A stretch of DNA of 64,000 bases from Tubulanus polymorphus (taxonomy: Eukaryota > Animalia > Nemertea). This document shows positions 24,701 through 36,269 of this stretch, in pieces (the first letter of the stretch is position 1; each line of letters opens with the position of its first letter). The DNA lies in NCBI RefSeq assembly GCF_964204645.1, contig NC_134030.1, positions 13,368,957 through 13,432,956 on the forward strand. Reading direction: 5' to 3'. The notes under the pieces were generated by a model. The model was not told the DNA's origin and ran no database searches. It was given only the letters and a program-made list of their open reading frames with translations. A program made the position numbers and the translations under genes.

Positions 24701-25063
24701 AATTCCACATGAACAATATTTGTGATATGCTAGTTGATTCGAGTTAAGAGGTATCTTCGTCTAATAGTTCGAATGAATTTGTGAATATTACTTCGTGTAT
24801 TTAGATATTTCCGAATTTGTATGAAAACTTCGACATTTTATCTAACCACTGTTCATTTATATTTTATTTTGAGATCTCTACATTTAATATTCTATGTCAT
24901 ATTGACATCGGTATTCCATTGCATGATTGAAAACAACGTACTATTCACATCAATTCTTCAGCGTGATTTTCATCATCACGGGTGAGGGTGGGGCAAGATG
25001 GAGGCAAACAATACTTCAGCCAATCACTGGGTGGGATTTTTTAAGCCCAGCGCACACTATAAA

Positions 25064-25491
25064 AGCCCAACGCACACGAAACGGAAAAAACACGTTTTTT
25101 CTTCCCTCTTGAAAAACGATGTTTCTTCGATGCGTTTTGTTATTCCGTGTGCGTTGAAGTCATAACAGAGAATGCTCAACATAAAGAAGGTTTTTCGCGA
25201 TACAACCATTGCTTGATTTGATCAAAATTATTTGTGTCGTCGAATACATTTTTCGTCCCGTGTGCGTTTGCGAAACACATCCATAGCTGAAAAACCGATC
25301 AGCGAGCATCACGTGACATTAACAAATATTCACGAAAGCTTATCATTGCAACACGGTGCATAAACGGTTTGCCACGCATTTTTGTTTCACCGCAGTCGTT
25401 GATCATCTAAAAGTTTGCCCGGAGAAATACGATTGTAAAAAACGTGTGTTCTGTCTTGATGGAACAAAACGCATGCCGCGTGCATTAGGCT
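25064..25491. mobile_element. Degenerate PIF/Harbinger-like MITE
   Basis: Imperfect TIRs AGCCCAACGCACACG and CGCGTGCATTAGGCT. TSD unclear. Confidence 0.35.
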
Positions 25492-25703
25492 AAACAGGCT
25501 ATCATTCCGTGAATATAATGTTACAGTGCAGCATATAGTATCATTATATATTAACAGCCAAGTCTAAGTCCAACAACTAATAATTAAATAAGAATGATAA
25601 TAATAATGATGATAAAACTATTTTGAATTATATGTTTTTGCAAAGTGGCAAAGCCACAGGAGTTGGTGGAATACCAAATGAAATCTTTAAAGAAAAAAGT
25701 GTT

Positions 25704-25743
25704 GGGACCAACTACGCTATACTAGTGTAGCGTAGTTGGCCCC
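25704..25743. repeat. 40-bp palindrome/hairpin
   Basis: GGGACCAACTACGCTATACTAGTGTAGCGTAGTTGGCCCC. Confidence 0.7.
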
Positions 25744-26077
25744 AGATATGATTTAACATTATACATTATTTTTTAATTTAAAGGCATGTTATTTATTTAA
25801 TGTGTATCTGTATGTATTTTATGTTATATCTTCTTTGTTCATTCTTGTCACTAACTGGAGACAGTGAACGTTTTACATGAGAGAGTGAGCTCGACTTGAT
25901 AGTATTCGTCACTGTTTGTACAACAATTTGCCATCTGTTTCGGAGTAGCTGTACTGGTCATTTTCTTTGAAAATGTGTCAGACATGTCTTTAACATATGT
26001 AGTTTATTTAAGATATACAAAGCTTCTAAAATAAAGTGAGAGGAATCAGAGTTAGACTTTCGTCTTTGTATGGATCC

Positions 26078-26346
26078 TGTCGGTGACGCCATTAAGTTTG
26101 ACACAATTCTTTCTCTAATCTAAAGTTTAAACCGCTCTAATCAGTACATTTTCATTCAGGCATTACGGTAATTCGACTCTCTTTAAGTAAACGAGGCATC
26201 ACCCACGTCTCTCCTTCCTCTGCACATGCGCATGCAATCATAACCATATAGATTTTAGTACAATATACTCAGTTAGTCATATGGAAATTCTTGAGTTACG
26301 TCTTATAAATCGGTAGTCGCCACTCGGACGGTCAGAGTCGACGACA
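26078..26346 (+). repeat. 5' LTR
   Basis: Direct repeat of 30259-30532, differing by roughly 17-18 substitutions and one small indel (counted by eye). Confidence 0.95.
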
Positions 26347-26347
26347 G

Positions 26348-26365
26348 TGGTGCCGTGACCAGGAT
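26348..26365 (+). promoter_or_regulatory. Primer-binding site (tRNA-His-like)
   Basis: TGGTGCCGTGACCAGGAT begins 1 nt after the LTR and resembles the complement of the tRNA-His 3' end. Confidence 0.8.
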
Positions 26366-26406
26366 AATAATCATCATCGATCATCAATACACAACGCAAT
26401 GCATTA

Positions 26407-28350
26407 ATGGATAAAGTCAACTTACTCAAACGAAGTCAAAAGTTAAGAAAATTCAAATCATCATGACGAAGATCGAACAACTCATCAGAAAAAGAGAATC
26501 AACCATCGACGCATTTGATGTGGAATACTCTGTTATTCTGCAAATAATGCAGCAAGCAACGGCAACCGAAGACCAGGTGACTGAGCTCGAAGCTCGCTGG
26601 AAGAATTACAAGACGCACACGAAACACGGGAAAATGTTTCTAATCAAATTCAAGAGATGATTAGAAACGACGATGACTATAAAAACGAAACGAAAACATC
26701 AAACGTAAGACGATCTGAAGAACGAGTAAAACTTCTGAAAACCAAACGATACATCGACAACCATACGAAGTCTAAACAACCCGAGACATCAACTGTCCGG
26801 ATAACAGACGACTATGATCATGATCAATTTACGGCGAGATTACCTAAATTGAAACTACCTGTATTCGATGGAACCTTCACCCAGAGGACAGCGTTCTGGG
26901 AAACGATTGAATGCGACGTCTTCAAAGGAAAATTCAGCGATACAACAAAATCCAACTTTATCGTCGGTCAGCTTCGGGGAAGCGCCCTCGAAGCAGTTAA
27001 GGGACTGTACGCATCCGGCTCGAATCTCGGACATTGACATCAATGCTGAAAGATCGTTTCGGACAAAATCGTGAAATTGTTCGAGCGCATATTCAGGAAA
27101 TCTATGATATTCCATCACCAACTTCGAACTATTGGGGACTGTCTCAATTTCTAAATAAGATCAACGCGAATGTAAGATCATTAAAACATCTGGCCGTTGA
27201 CGTTAACGCGTGTGCACCATTCATCATAACATCGTTAGAGAAAACACTACCGCGCAATCTATTAGAAAAAAATGGGCACATGTGGTCAAAAAGAGAACTT
27301 CGATCTGAATAAATTCATTTACACATACGAAGAATGTCTCGACAATCTAGGAGAAAATATAAGTGAAAAATCTCTACAGTACCAATATTAGTATCGAAAT
27401 TCAAGACCCGGTACTGCGACATCATTGGTGACCGTCGCTAAACAGACACAGTTGAAATGCACATTTTGTGACGGCGAACACTACCTAACAAACTGTCAAC
27501 TACCGATCGAAGAACGTCTCCAAAGGGTAATCGAAAGACGATTATATCAGAACTGTCTTCAACCAAATCACCAAGCAAAGGACTGTCACAACCGCAATCA
27601 CTGTAAGATATGCAAGAAAACACACCACACGTCATTTCACCGAGATCAACATCAACAAACCGTCTCCGGATGTACATTCGTCAACCAAGGTCATGCGCTG
27701 GATAACATCGTTCAAACATCGGATATAAATAATGTTAAATCATGCGAGGATATGAATTTCAGTACCGATTTCGGAAAATACGCATTGGATACTACCAACA
27801 TGGTCGGTAATCAAAACCATGATTATCAAAATGAGGTTGTGTTACTGCAAACGGGGCAGGTGAGTATTGAATATCACAATCACACTTTGGAAGACAATAC
27901 CCTGCTCGACAATTGTTCCTCTATGTCATACATTCGCAGCTCCGCTGTTGCTAAAGCTCTAAAATTGGTACTGTCGTACCAACTGTCGAAAGAAGTAAAT
28001 GGTTTCGGTGGCCACTCTACGAAATGCGTATTTGATATGGCGCCCATGGGCATTAGAACGTCTGATGGCATTAGTCATCGATGAAGCAATCACTATTGAG
28101 ATAATTCGTCCCATCTATCGACACAGAGGGCTGATTGTCTATAATACGAACAAATCTCAAATGCAAACCTCGCAGATAACTCTAACTGCAAAGGTATTCG
28201 TGGTCGATGTATTAATCGGTACTGCCCATCATCATTTATTCTTAAAGAACAATCTGGAGGACGTACCGGACGGTCCCCAGTTACAACACACGAATCTCGG
28301 TAGTTTCGTTTTCAGGCCGTTACACAGGTCATAAACCCCTATTGGTACAA
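26407..28350 (+). pseudogene. BEL/Pao gag + aspartic protease (frameshifted)
   Basis: ARLPKLKLPVFDG (DUF1759-like), three Cys/His knuckles (CTFCDGEHYLTNC, .QNCLQPNHQAKDC, CKICKKTHHTSFH) and protease-like LLDNCSSMSYI. Confidence 0.85.
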
Positions 28351-29292
28351 ATAGGTCTATTACAAATGCATACACGGTAAGTACCCTTAAAGACTTATCA
28401 ATTAACCATCGGGAACTGTTGGATGACCAAAGCATAGGAGATTATCTACACCAAAACATAGCAGAGTTTCCCTGGGATAAAACCTTCGATCGAGAAAGTT
28501 TCATAACGCAGTATCAAGGTAAGATAGAGATTTCGGAAAATACGCATTGGATACTACCAACATGGTCGGTAATCAAAATCATGATTATCAAAATGAGGTT
28601 GTGTTACTGCAAACGGGGCAGGTGAGTATTGAATATCACAATCATACTTTGGAAGACAATACCCCGCTCGACAATTGTTCCTCTATGTCATACATTCGCA
28701 GCTCCGCTGTTGCTAAAGCTCTAAAATTGGTACTGTCGTACCAACTATCGAAAAAAGTAAATGGTTTCGGTGGCCACTCTACGAAATGCGTATTTGATAT
28801 GGCGCCCATGGGCATTAGGACGTCTGATGACTTTAAAGTCATCGATGAAGCAATCACTATTGAGATAATTCGTCCCATCTATCGACACAGAGGGCTGATA
28901 GTCTAAAATACGAACAAATCTCAAATGCAAACCTCGCAGATAACTCTAACTGCAAAGGTATTCGTGGTCGATGTATTAATCGGTACTGCCCATCATCATT
29001 TATTCTTAAAGAACAATCTGGAGGACGTACCGGACGGTCCCCAGTTACAACACACGAATCTCGGTAGTTTCGTTTTCAGGCCGTTACACAGGTCATAAAC
29101 CCCTATTGGTACAAATAGGTCTATTACAAATGCATACACGGTAAGTACCCTTAAAGACTTATCAATTAACCATCGGGAACTGTTGGATGACCAAAGCATA
29201 GGAGATTATCTACACCAAAACATAGCAGAGTTTCCCTGGGATAAAACCTTCGATCGAGAAAGTTTCATAACGCAGTATCAAGGTAAGATAGA
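27767..29292 (+). repeat. ~763-bp tandem duplication of the protease region
   Basis: 27767-28528 is repeated at 28529-29292. ORFs 28232 and 28996 are identical, offset 764. Confidence 0.9.
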
Positions 29293-29324
29293 GTATAAAC
29301 ATGGGTGTTACTGGGCCCCACTGA

Positions 29325-29828
29325 TTGATACCTAACGAAGAAATCGGGGAATCTGAAATATTTGATGCGGATTATTTGAACAAAACGAGCATAACGTTGC
29401 AAAAGATGGCCGATTTCCAAAACCGCTTTAAATCTGAGGACCAAGCTGTACTCCGCGAACGACATACAACTGAAATCAAAAAGTGGCACCACAAAAAGGC
29501 CACAATAGAAAACGGTGATGTGGTAGTGATTAACGACAAAGACACTCCTCGTCACAAATGCAAACTCGGAATTATTACCAAAACCCTCGAAAGTAGTGAC
29601 GGCGGTATTCGCGCAGCTAGGGTCAAAACCATCAACGTCACAACCTGTCGAGCAGTGTCAAAATTGTATCCACTTGAATTTAGTTTAGATATGATTGTGA
29701 AACAAAACAAATCAGCAGCTGACAAACCCAAACCATTAAAAAGACCCTGTCGTGAAGCAGCACACAAAGCTCGAGCTAAGATTGCTCAACTGGCGACCGA
29801 TAGTGATCATAATTCGGATTCGACTTAG
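29325..29828 (+). pseudogene. BEL/Pao integrase C-terminal domain (DUF5641-like)
   Basis: GDVVVINDKDTPRHKCKLGII..SSDGGIRAARVKT..RAVSKLYPLE. Confidence 0.85.
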
Positions 29829-30258
29829 TTGGAAATTTACATTCGAAAGTGTTTAAGTTAAAATTAAAATTCTTACGTTTACACTGTGTGCACCTCGTTC
29901 AATCTCGCTCATATTATAGTTTAGTGTAGATTAGTATTAGATTAAATTGTTTAGTTATATGTTACATGTTCAATTGAAATCAAAGTGTATCTGTGATTAC
30001 ATATTCGTGGATTATTTCAACGCGTGCAGCCATGACCTATGGAATGGAACACAGTGACCTACAACCGTGGATAACTCATGTCACCGGATGATATAAACAT
30101 AACTAACTTTAATCACTCCAGTAACTGTTAACGCGTTTACATCTGGAACTTAAACTGTTTCAGTGCAAATTGTATATGTGGATATTATAGAAAGACACTA
30201 GGACTGCGCTGCGACTACATGTATTTCATATCGTGTCAGATTTTCCGGCGCGGGAGGA

Positions 30259-30532
30259 TGTCGGTGACGCCATTCAGTTTGACACAATTCTTTCTCTAAT
30301 TTATAGTTTGAACCGCTCTTATAAGTACATTTTCATTCAGGAATTACGGTAATTCGACTCTCTTTAAGTAAACGAGGCATCACCCACGTCTCTCCTTCCT
30401 CTGCGCATGCGTATGTAATCATAACATCATCTTATCGATTTTAGTAAAATATATTCAGTTAGTCATATGTAAATTCTTGAATTACGTCTTATAAATCGGT
30501 AGTCGCACCTCGGACGGCCAGAGTCGACGACA
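30259..30532 (+). repeat. 3' LTR
   Basis: Preceded by GGCGCGGGAGGA (PPT) and followed by the TSD GATCC. Confidence 0.95.
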
Positions 30533-32151
30533 GATCCTTGCTGTGACTTGGAATACCCATACCCAATATTTGAAAACGCCAAGATTTTGTTAGCTTTAGT
30601 TAAAATAAACTACGGTTTCATCGGAGTTGGAGCTTTGTCGTCTTACTTATCGAGGACCTGGAGCTGAGCCTGCGTTGAAGATGAATTTCACTTAATTATG
30701 TCATGTAAGAAATACAAACACGAGCGGTATGAACTTTTTGTAGATATGCCACAGCAGGTGCATGACTTCCAAGAGCTAACAAAACAACAACTGTTTCAAA
30801 TATCAATGGCTAACTATCAAATTACTCTAGCAACTTTTATTGAACAATGTTGGAGAAAAAGGAGTCTATGTATTTCCAGTGCCACTTGAATCTTTTTGTA
30901 ATAAATCTAATTAGTATGATTGGATAACCCCGTTGAGGGCTAGATAGTGTTGAAATGAATAAATAAATATATACATTTCACCTCTCAAACCCGATCGCAC
31001 TCCTTTCTGAATATAATGGTTGACGAATGGAAAAGTTTAAGGTTCTGTGCTAAGAAGAAAACACCCGTAATTTCCACGAGTGTTATGTGCTCCAGTATTT
31101 TATTATTTATTAGATAATTGAAGCTAATATTCAAATAATTGTGGTATATCCACAAATGATGCGCAAATGGATTCAGAATCGAATTTAACTTGGCATTCAC
31201 ACCTGATAACTATGGAATCTGAGGACATTTGGAGATGAAAGTGCATTTTCTTAAAACGTTTTTTAAATACCACGCATTACGCGACTATGCGGTGCCTACA
31301 AAGGTTTGAATTACAATATGTTCTGAAAAACATAGATAAAGATAGGCCTAACACGAATGAAGAGCCAACAATATACTAAACAAATCAACTATATATTTAC
31401 TAAACGATTATACTTTCTAATTGTCATGTTTGTCTGTCATATTTACTCCAAATAACGTAATCACAATCGCAACCGCCAGTTTACGTGGTCTTGTCAAATA
31501 ATTTAGCTTGGAAAATGTTTGCCGTCATCGTTCTACATTACTTAGACTGCTGTGTTAAAATGATTCTGAGTATTTCAAATTACAAAAATAAAATACTATC
31601 GATTGATTCCAGGTTGACATTAAACCAACAACCGGTTAATTGGACCCACATTCAAACTAGAAATACATGTACAATTGAATCGAATTAAAACCCAAAATAA
31701 GGAACAAAACTGGGGAACCGAATTCAACTCAATACAAAACGAATGAAAATGAAAAGGGAATGAAAGCAGCAAACATTCGGGCAGCGATAATGGGTTTTCT
31801 GTAGCCTGCTGCGTACTCATTTTAAGGTGGGCGATAGGTTAGAACCCCCCCCCCCGCCCCCCAACATGAGGCGAACGGTTAAAATGGTCAAATGAGCGCT
31901 TATGCGGGCAGTCTCGCGATGCATTGCGAAGCGTGTATAGATCGACTGGTTTTTGTGACACGATTGTCCACGGGAGTGAAAGGGAATCGTGTCCACTGTC
32001 GCAACGAGTCGCTGGCAAGTGCAAGTGCGTGTACGATGTCTGGTACTTGCAAAACAGTCGTCGCTGTCGGTCACAGGGAATCGCGTTGTTGTAACTTCAT
32101 AGATAGAACATGCATACGTAGTATAAACGCACTTCATTTTTACTCTATGAC

Positions 32152-32346
32152 TAACGAGACGAGTAGTACTATATAGGTTAACTATTTATTTGACGCACGA
32201 GCTTTCGCTTCTAATGTATAGAAGCTTCATCAGGTGAATGAGCTGATTCAAATGAGTTCATTCACCTGATGAAGCTTCTATACATTAGAAAGCTCGTGCG
32301 TCAAATAAATAGTTAACCTATATAGTACTACTCGCTCGTCTCGTTA
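32152..32346. mobile_element. Penelope-type palindromic pseudo-LTR remnant
   Basis: Near-perfect inverted arms of ~92 bp around a ~10-bp spacer. Both arms carry CACCTGATGAAGCTTCTA. Confidence 0.75.
32196..32236 (-). ncRNA. Minimal type I hammerhead ribozyme motif
   Basis: CAC-CUGAUGA-A-GCUUCUA-UACAU-UAGAAGC-GAA-AGCU-C-GUG: complete core, 7-bp stem II, palindromic loopless stem III, 3-bp stem I. Confidence 0.75.
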
Positions 32347-34628
32347 CTCATTTTAAACCAGGTTAACACGGCTACTCTACGAATATACTCTATGCCTAGT
32401 GAGGGTTCGAATGATCATTCACTCGTTTAATGTAGATAACTAAATCAATATAGATTTATTAATGAAGATTAATCAATATAGATTCTAGAATGAACTTTGA
32501 CTAATGCCTTTAATATTCTTGCGAAGGACTGTCCTAAATTATGGTTCGAACCAATACAAATCTTCGTATACGAGTCCGGGCCGTGTACTCGGATGAATTG
32601 TACCCAAACTACTCTTCAAGTGCAACACTGCTAGTCGTCTAAAGTTCATATGCCTTTTCTGTAGATAATTAGGTCTATGCTTAAAAGCATTAGATAACCT
32701 AGTATTTAGGCACAGCTCTACCCTAGCATTAACTTATGCCATTTACGATAGGCCTAGAGATCATTTCGCTATTTCGATCCGTAGACGTAACATTTTTAGA
32801 CAAGTTGAAAAGATGGGCGCCACAAAAGATTTGTTTTGATTCGGTAATGGGTTTTTTTGCGGTGTAGGTACTGGATAAATACTGGGGGTCGTTATATATA
32901 TTTTGTCTCAAAATCACGAAAAATCTCGGAGATTTGTAGAGTAATCCATAATTAACGTGCGCGATGAAGTTGCGCAGCGTGGCCCGTGAGACATTAAATG
33001 ATTGGTAAGGACGTATGCTTTTCCGACTTCAGTCGCCCACGGCAGTTCGCTAGTGTGCCGTTGTAGTCGCCTACGGCAGAGCTTGGAGTAATCTGGTTAC
33101 TCCAAGGGCAGAGCAAAGAAGCTATGGGTTTCATCGGCTCTTTTCAGTATCCACCAATAAACACAACACTGTGGAACTGGATCACTGTTGGATCATCCAT
33201 TTTGCAAAACTGTGGAGCTTGGGCCGGAAACGCACTGATAATATAAACTGTACCCTCTTATGTGTACGTATGAAGTATTTTTTTAACAATAATATCTAAA
33301 AGTGATATAATTCGACAGTACACACATATCATGAAACTCGAACCGTGTAGTAAATTGATTCGTATAGGTGGTAAAATTCAGTTACAAAAAGTGATGAAAT
33401 GACTAATGGTTAGAGTTCGTATAGTAGTTTCAGCGTAATATGTTGGATCAATCTAGATTCTAGATTTTAAATTTAGGCTTAGTGATAATATTTCAATCTG
33501 AGTTAAATCATTGAGCACATTCAATTTTACTATATAATCTGGACCCAGTTTCACATGTTCTGAGATTTTACTCAGAGTTAACTCTTAACTCACACCTTTT
33601 AAACCGGTCCCCGAGTTGTTGCGAGGATAAGTGTTTTGAGAGCCAATGATAAGGCACTGGAGTCTTGTGATACAAGTTTAGTATTAACAGGGAGGTATAT
33701 CTCCCTGGTATTAATTAGATTGATTTGAATTTTGTCTGAAATTGAATTAAGTGGCGGTACGTTGGACTAGAAAACGATGGCAATGTAATAGATAGTGTTT
33801 AAGAGATTTAACATAGGCCCAAAAATTGATACCTTGCTTCTCATATCCGGCTGGGTGCAAAAATCTTAGGATTAGAGACTGGTAAATTAAAAACCTGAAA
33901 ATTAGTTCCTGGGTTACAAGAAGTAAAATTAAAAACCGTTCGGGCTGGTGTCAATTCGTTTGACAATATACATACAATATACATTTAATGCGGTGTTGTT
34001 GTGTGTGAAATTGGACACAGGCATCAAAGATCCCTCTGCCTTGGTCCACCGTGTCAATGATCCAAGATATACAAGGCGTATTGACGATGTGTTCGTTCAG
34101 TGAGAGTAAGTACAGTGTAGCCTGATAGTTATTTCTCGGTTCTGGCGTGAGTCAATGCTCGCAATCCTCTATGTGACACATTTTACTTGTAAAACAAAGG
34201 AGGGTTGCTTCCAATTATTTTGTTAACAATATTTGGAATAATCTGCCTGCCGGTTCATTATTTCAAAAAATTCATGCTTTAAAAAAAAGTTAACACCTGC
34301 CTGCCAGGTTATTTTCAGGAATTTTAAAAATGAGAAATATGGTATCATTTTCTTGCCCTTTATGCAAAAACCATAGGGAGGTTTTAAGAGACATCTAAAA
34401 CGTGGTGTACGGGAACAGGTATTGAAACCTTCCCAGGTGGAAATCCCCTGTAAATATCTAGGTTATTCCATATGGTAAAAGTTCATCCAAATCTAATTTT
34501 ACAATGAAATTTGAGAAATTTTTTCAAAACAAAAGTTTTATGTTGAAATACATTGATAGATATAAAAAAATCTCAAATGTTCAGTAGTGTTGGTGACAGT
34601 ATTCACTTTGGAGAATGTGTGATTTTTA

Positions 34629-34958
34629 AGCCGGGCGTAGGTCGGCCTTGCGACGGCTTGCGACTCACTGCGACGCGACTCAGTGCGACCGCCAGCGACG
34701 ATCGCGTCTCAACGACCAACGGACCTACGCTACCTTGCGACTGCCAGTGACGGGTTGCGACTGGCAGCGACGCCAGTCGCAATGAGTCGCACATGTTCTA
34801 CTTTCTGCGACGCGACGCGACCGTCGCAACCGATCTACGCGCTCTTGCGACTGGGAGCAACTAGTCGCACACAGTCGCGTGTCGCAACCGACTTACGCCC
34901 CCACTTGTGACGCGACGCGACGATCGCGTCGCGTCGCAAGGTCGACCTACGCCCGGCT
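34629..34958. mobile_element. PIF/Harbinger (Tourist-like) MITE
   Basis: TTA|AGCCGGGCGTAGGTCGGCCTTGCGAC..GTCGCAAGGTCGACCTACGCCCGGCT|TTA, with many internal GCGAC/GTCGC subrepeats. Confidence 0.85.
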
Positions 34959-35800
34959 TTAGGAAGCTACATGCTTTGAGTTACCAAGGGGGGATTTAAA
35001 GAAATAGAATTAGAAAAACGAATGCAATGCGAGTTTTTTCACTGTTGATAGGAATAATTTTTGCTAGGATTTATTTTCGACCAATGAACCTTCGTGGAAC
35101 ATTTTTCATAGTATATATATATTCCTTAGCCTTATTTATCAACTTAGTATCGGGTTTTCTTTCGTAATCATCACTCACAAATCATCAATATAGATAGAAG
35201 ATATACATACCCCAAGAAATAAGAGATTGTACGCCTACATGTATTTGTAGCAAAACTTAGAATTCACCTAATCATTAAATGCAAACGATTCGCTTCTCTA
35301 AGAACTTTTGCGATCGCTTACTATGAAGCCCGTTTCAAAAGATCTTTCGCATGATCATACCTTTACTAACACAAATAAGGTGTCGTGTCTCTTTGGTCTA
35401 TTTTGTTTTGCTATTTCTTTGAAATGTGTAAATATTTGTATAATGTCAAGCCGTGTCCATATTTTACATCAAAACAGATTTGCGAAATTTCTGCCTCCTT
35501 GAATTTAAATATAGATACGTTCATACCGATTCGATTATTTGACCAATTAGGTCAAAGATCAAAGATATATTCGACACCACCAAAGCTCGGTAAATTTATT
35601 TTAAAAGACCCAACTTATTTAGATTTCTATCGTATTTTCAAATCAGTTACACGGTGTCAGATCCCAACTCTAATTAAAATCAACCGCCCAAACTTAACTG
35701 AATACGACACTCCGTGGTGTCCAATTTATTCAATATTGCATTCGCCGGTTAGAATTCACCACGAACCAAACATATGATAAATGTCGATGTTTTTCTTTAC

Positions 35801-36269
35801 CTGATGTATTACTCGGTATTTCTGGTGTTTGGTCTCTTTGTTCGATATCTGACTGATGGTCGTCGCCACTTCCTGTACTAGATAATCTCTGGTAATGGTG
35901 CTGCTGTAGAGTCAGTGAGGCTGGTATAGCTGCAACTGCCCCTGTTGAAGATGTTGTTATCGATTCCGTTGCATATCCGTAAGGGGCCGAATATACGGAT
36001 GGTGAAAGAGTTAGTTGAGACTGGTGATATCCTACTCCAGTTCTAATGTACGATCCTGTAGATTGTGGATTTGTTCCAGCAGTTGCAGCCGGCAATAACC
36101 CGTGCGATGTCACAGTACGTGGATCGAACAATAATCTCGGACTAATTAAAGCCTGTGGCATAAACGTGGTATAAGTATACGGGTGTAAAGTGTGCGGTAG
36201 TCCGGGGTAACATGGTAAAATGCCGTGTTGTCCAGTTTGGCCAGGTACTCGTTCCGTAATGGCATACAT
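35801..36269 (-). CDS. Probable coding exon of a host gene (P/Y/S/T/Q-rich, regulatory-protein-like)
   Basis: Non-repetitive, GC-richer ORF MYAITERVPG..PSNTSG ending at a consensus donor CAG|GTAAAG (35801/35800). Downstream exons not identified. Confidence 0.55.

Larger units (their letters stand above)
26078..30532 (+). mobile_element. BEL/Pao LTR retrotransposon, internally deleted, non-autonomous
   Basis: LTRs TGTCG..CGACA at 26078-26346 and 30259-30532, 5-bp TSD GATCC, PBS TGGTGCCGTGACCAGGAT, and a PPT before the 3' LTR. Encodes BEL gag, protease and the integrase C-terminal domain. Confidence 0.95.

Noticed and set aside
33100-34125. Candidate downstream exons of the host gene (AG acceptors near 33237 and 34121 on the - strand)
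   Set aside because: Phase-compatible frames hit stops quickly and give no recognisable domain.
34553-34910. Overlapping short ORFs
   Set aside because: They arise from the GC-rich palindromic MITE.
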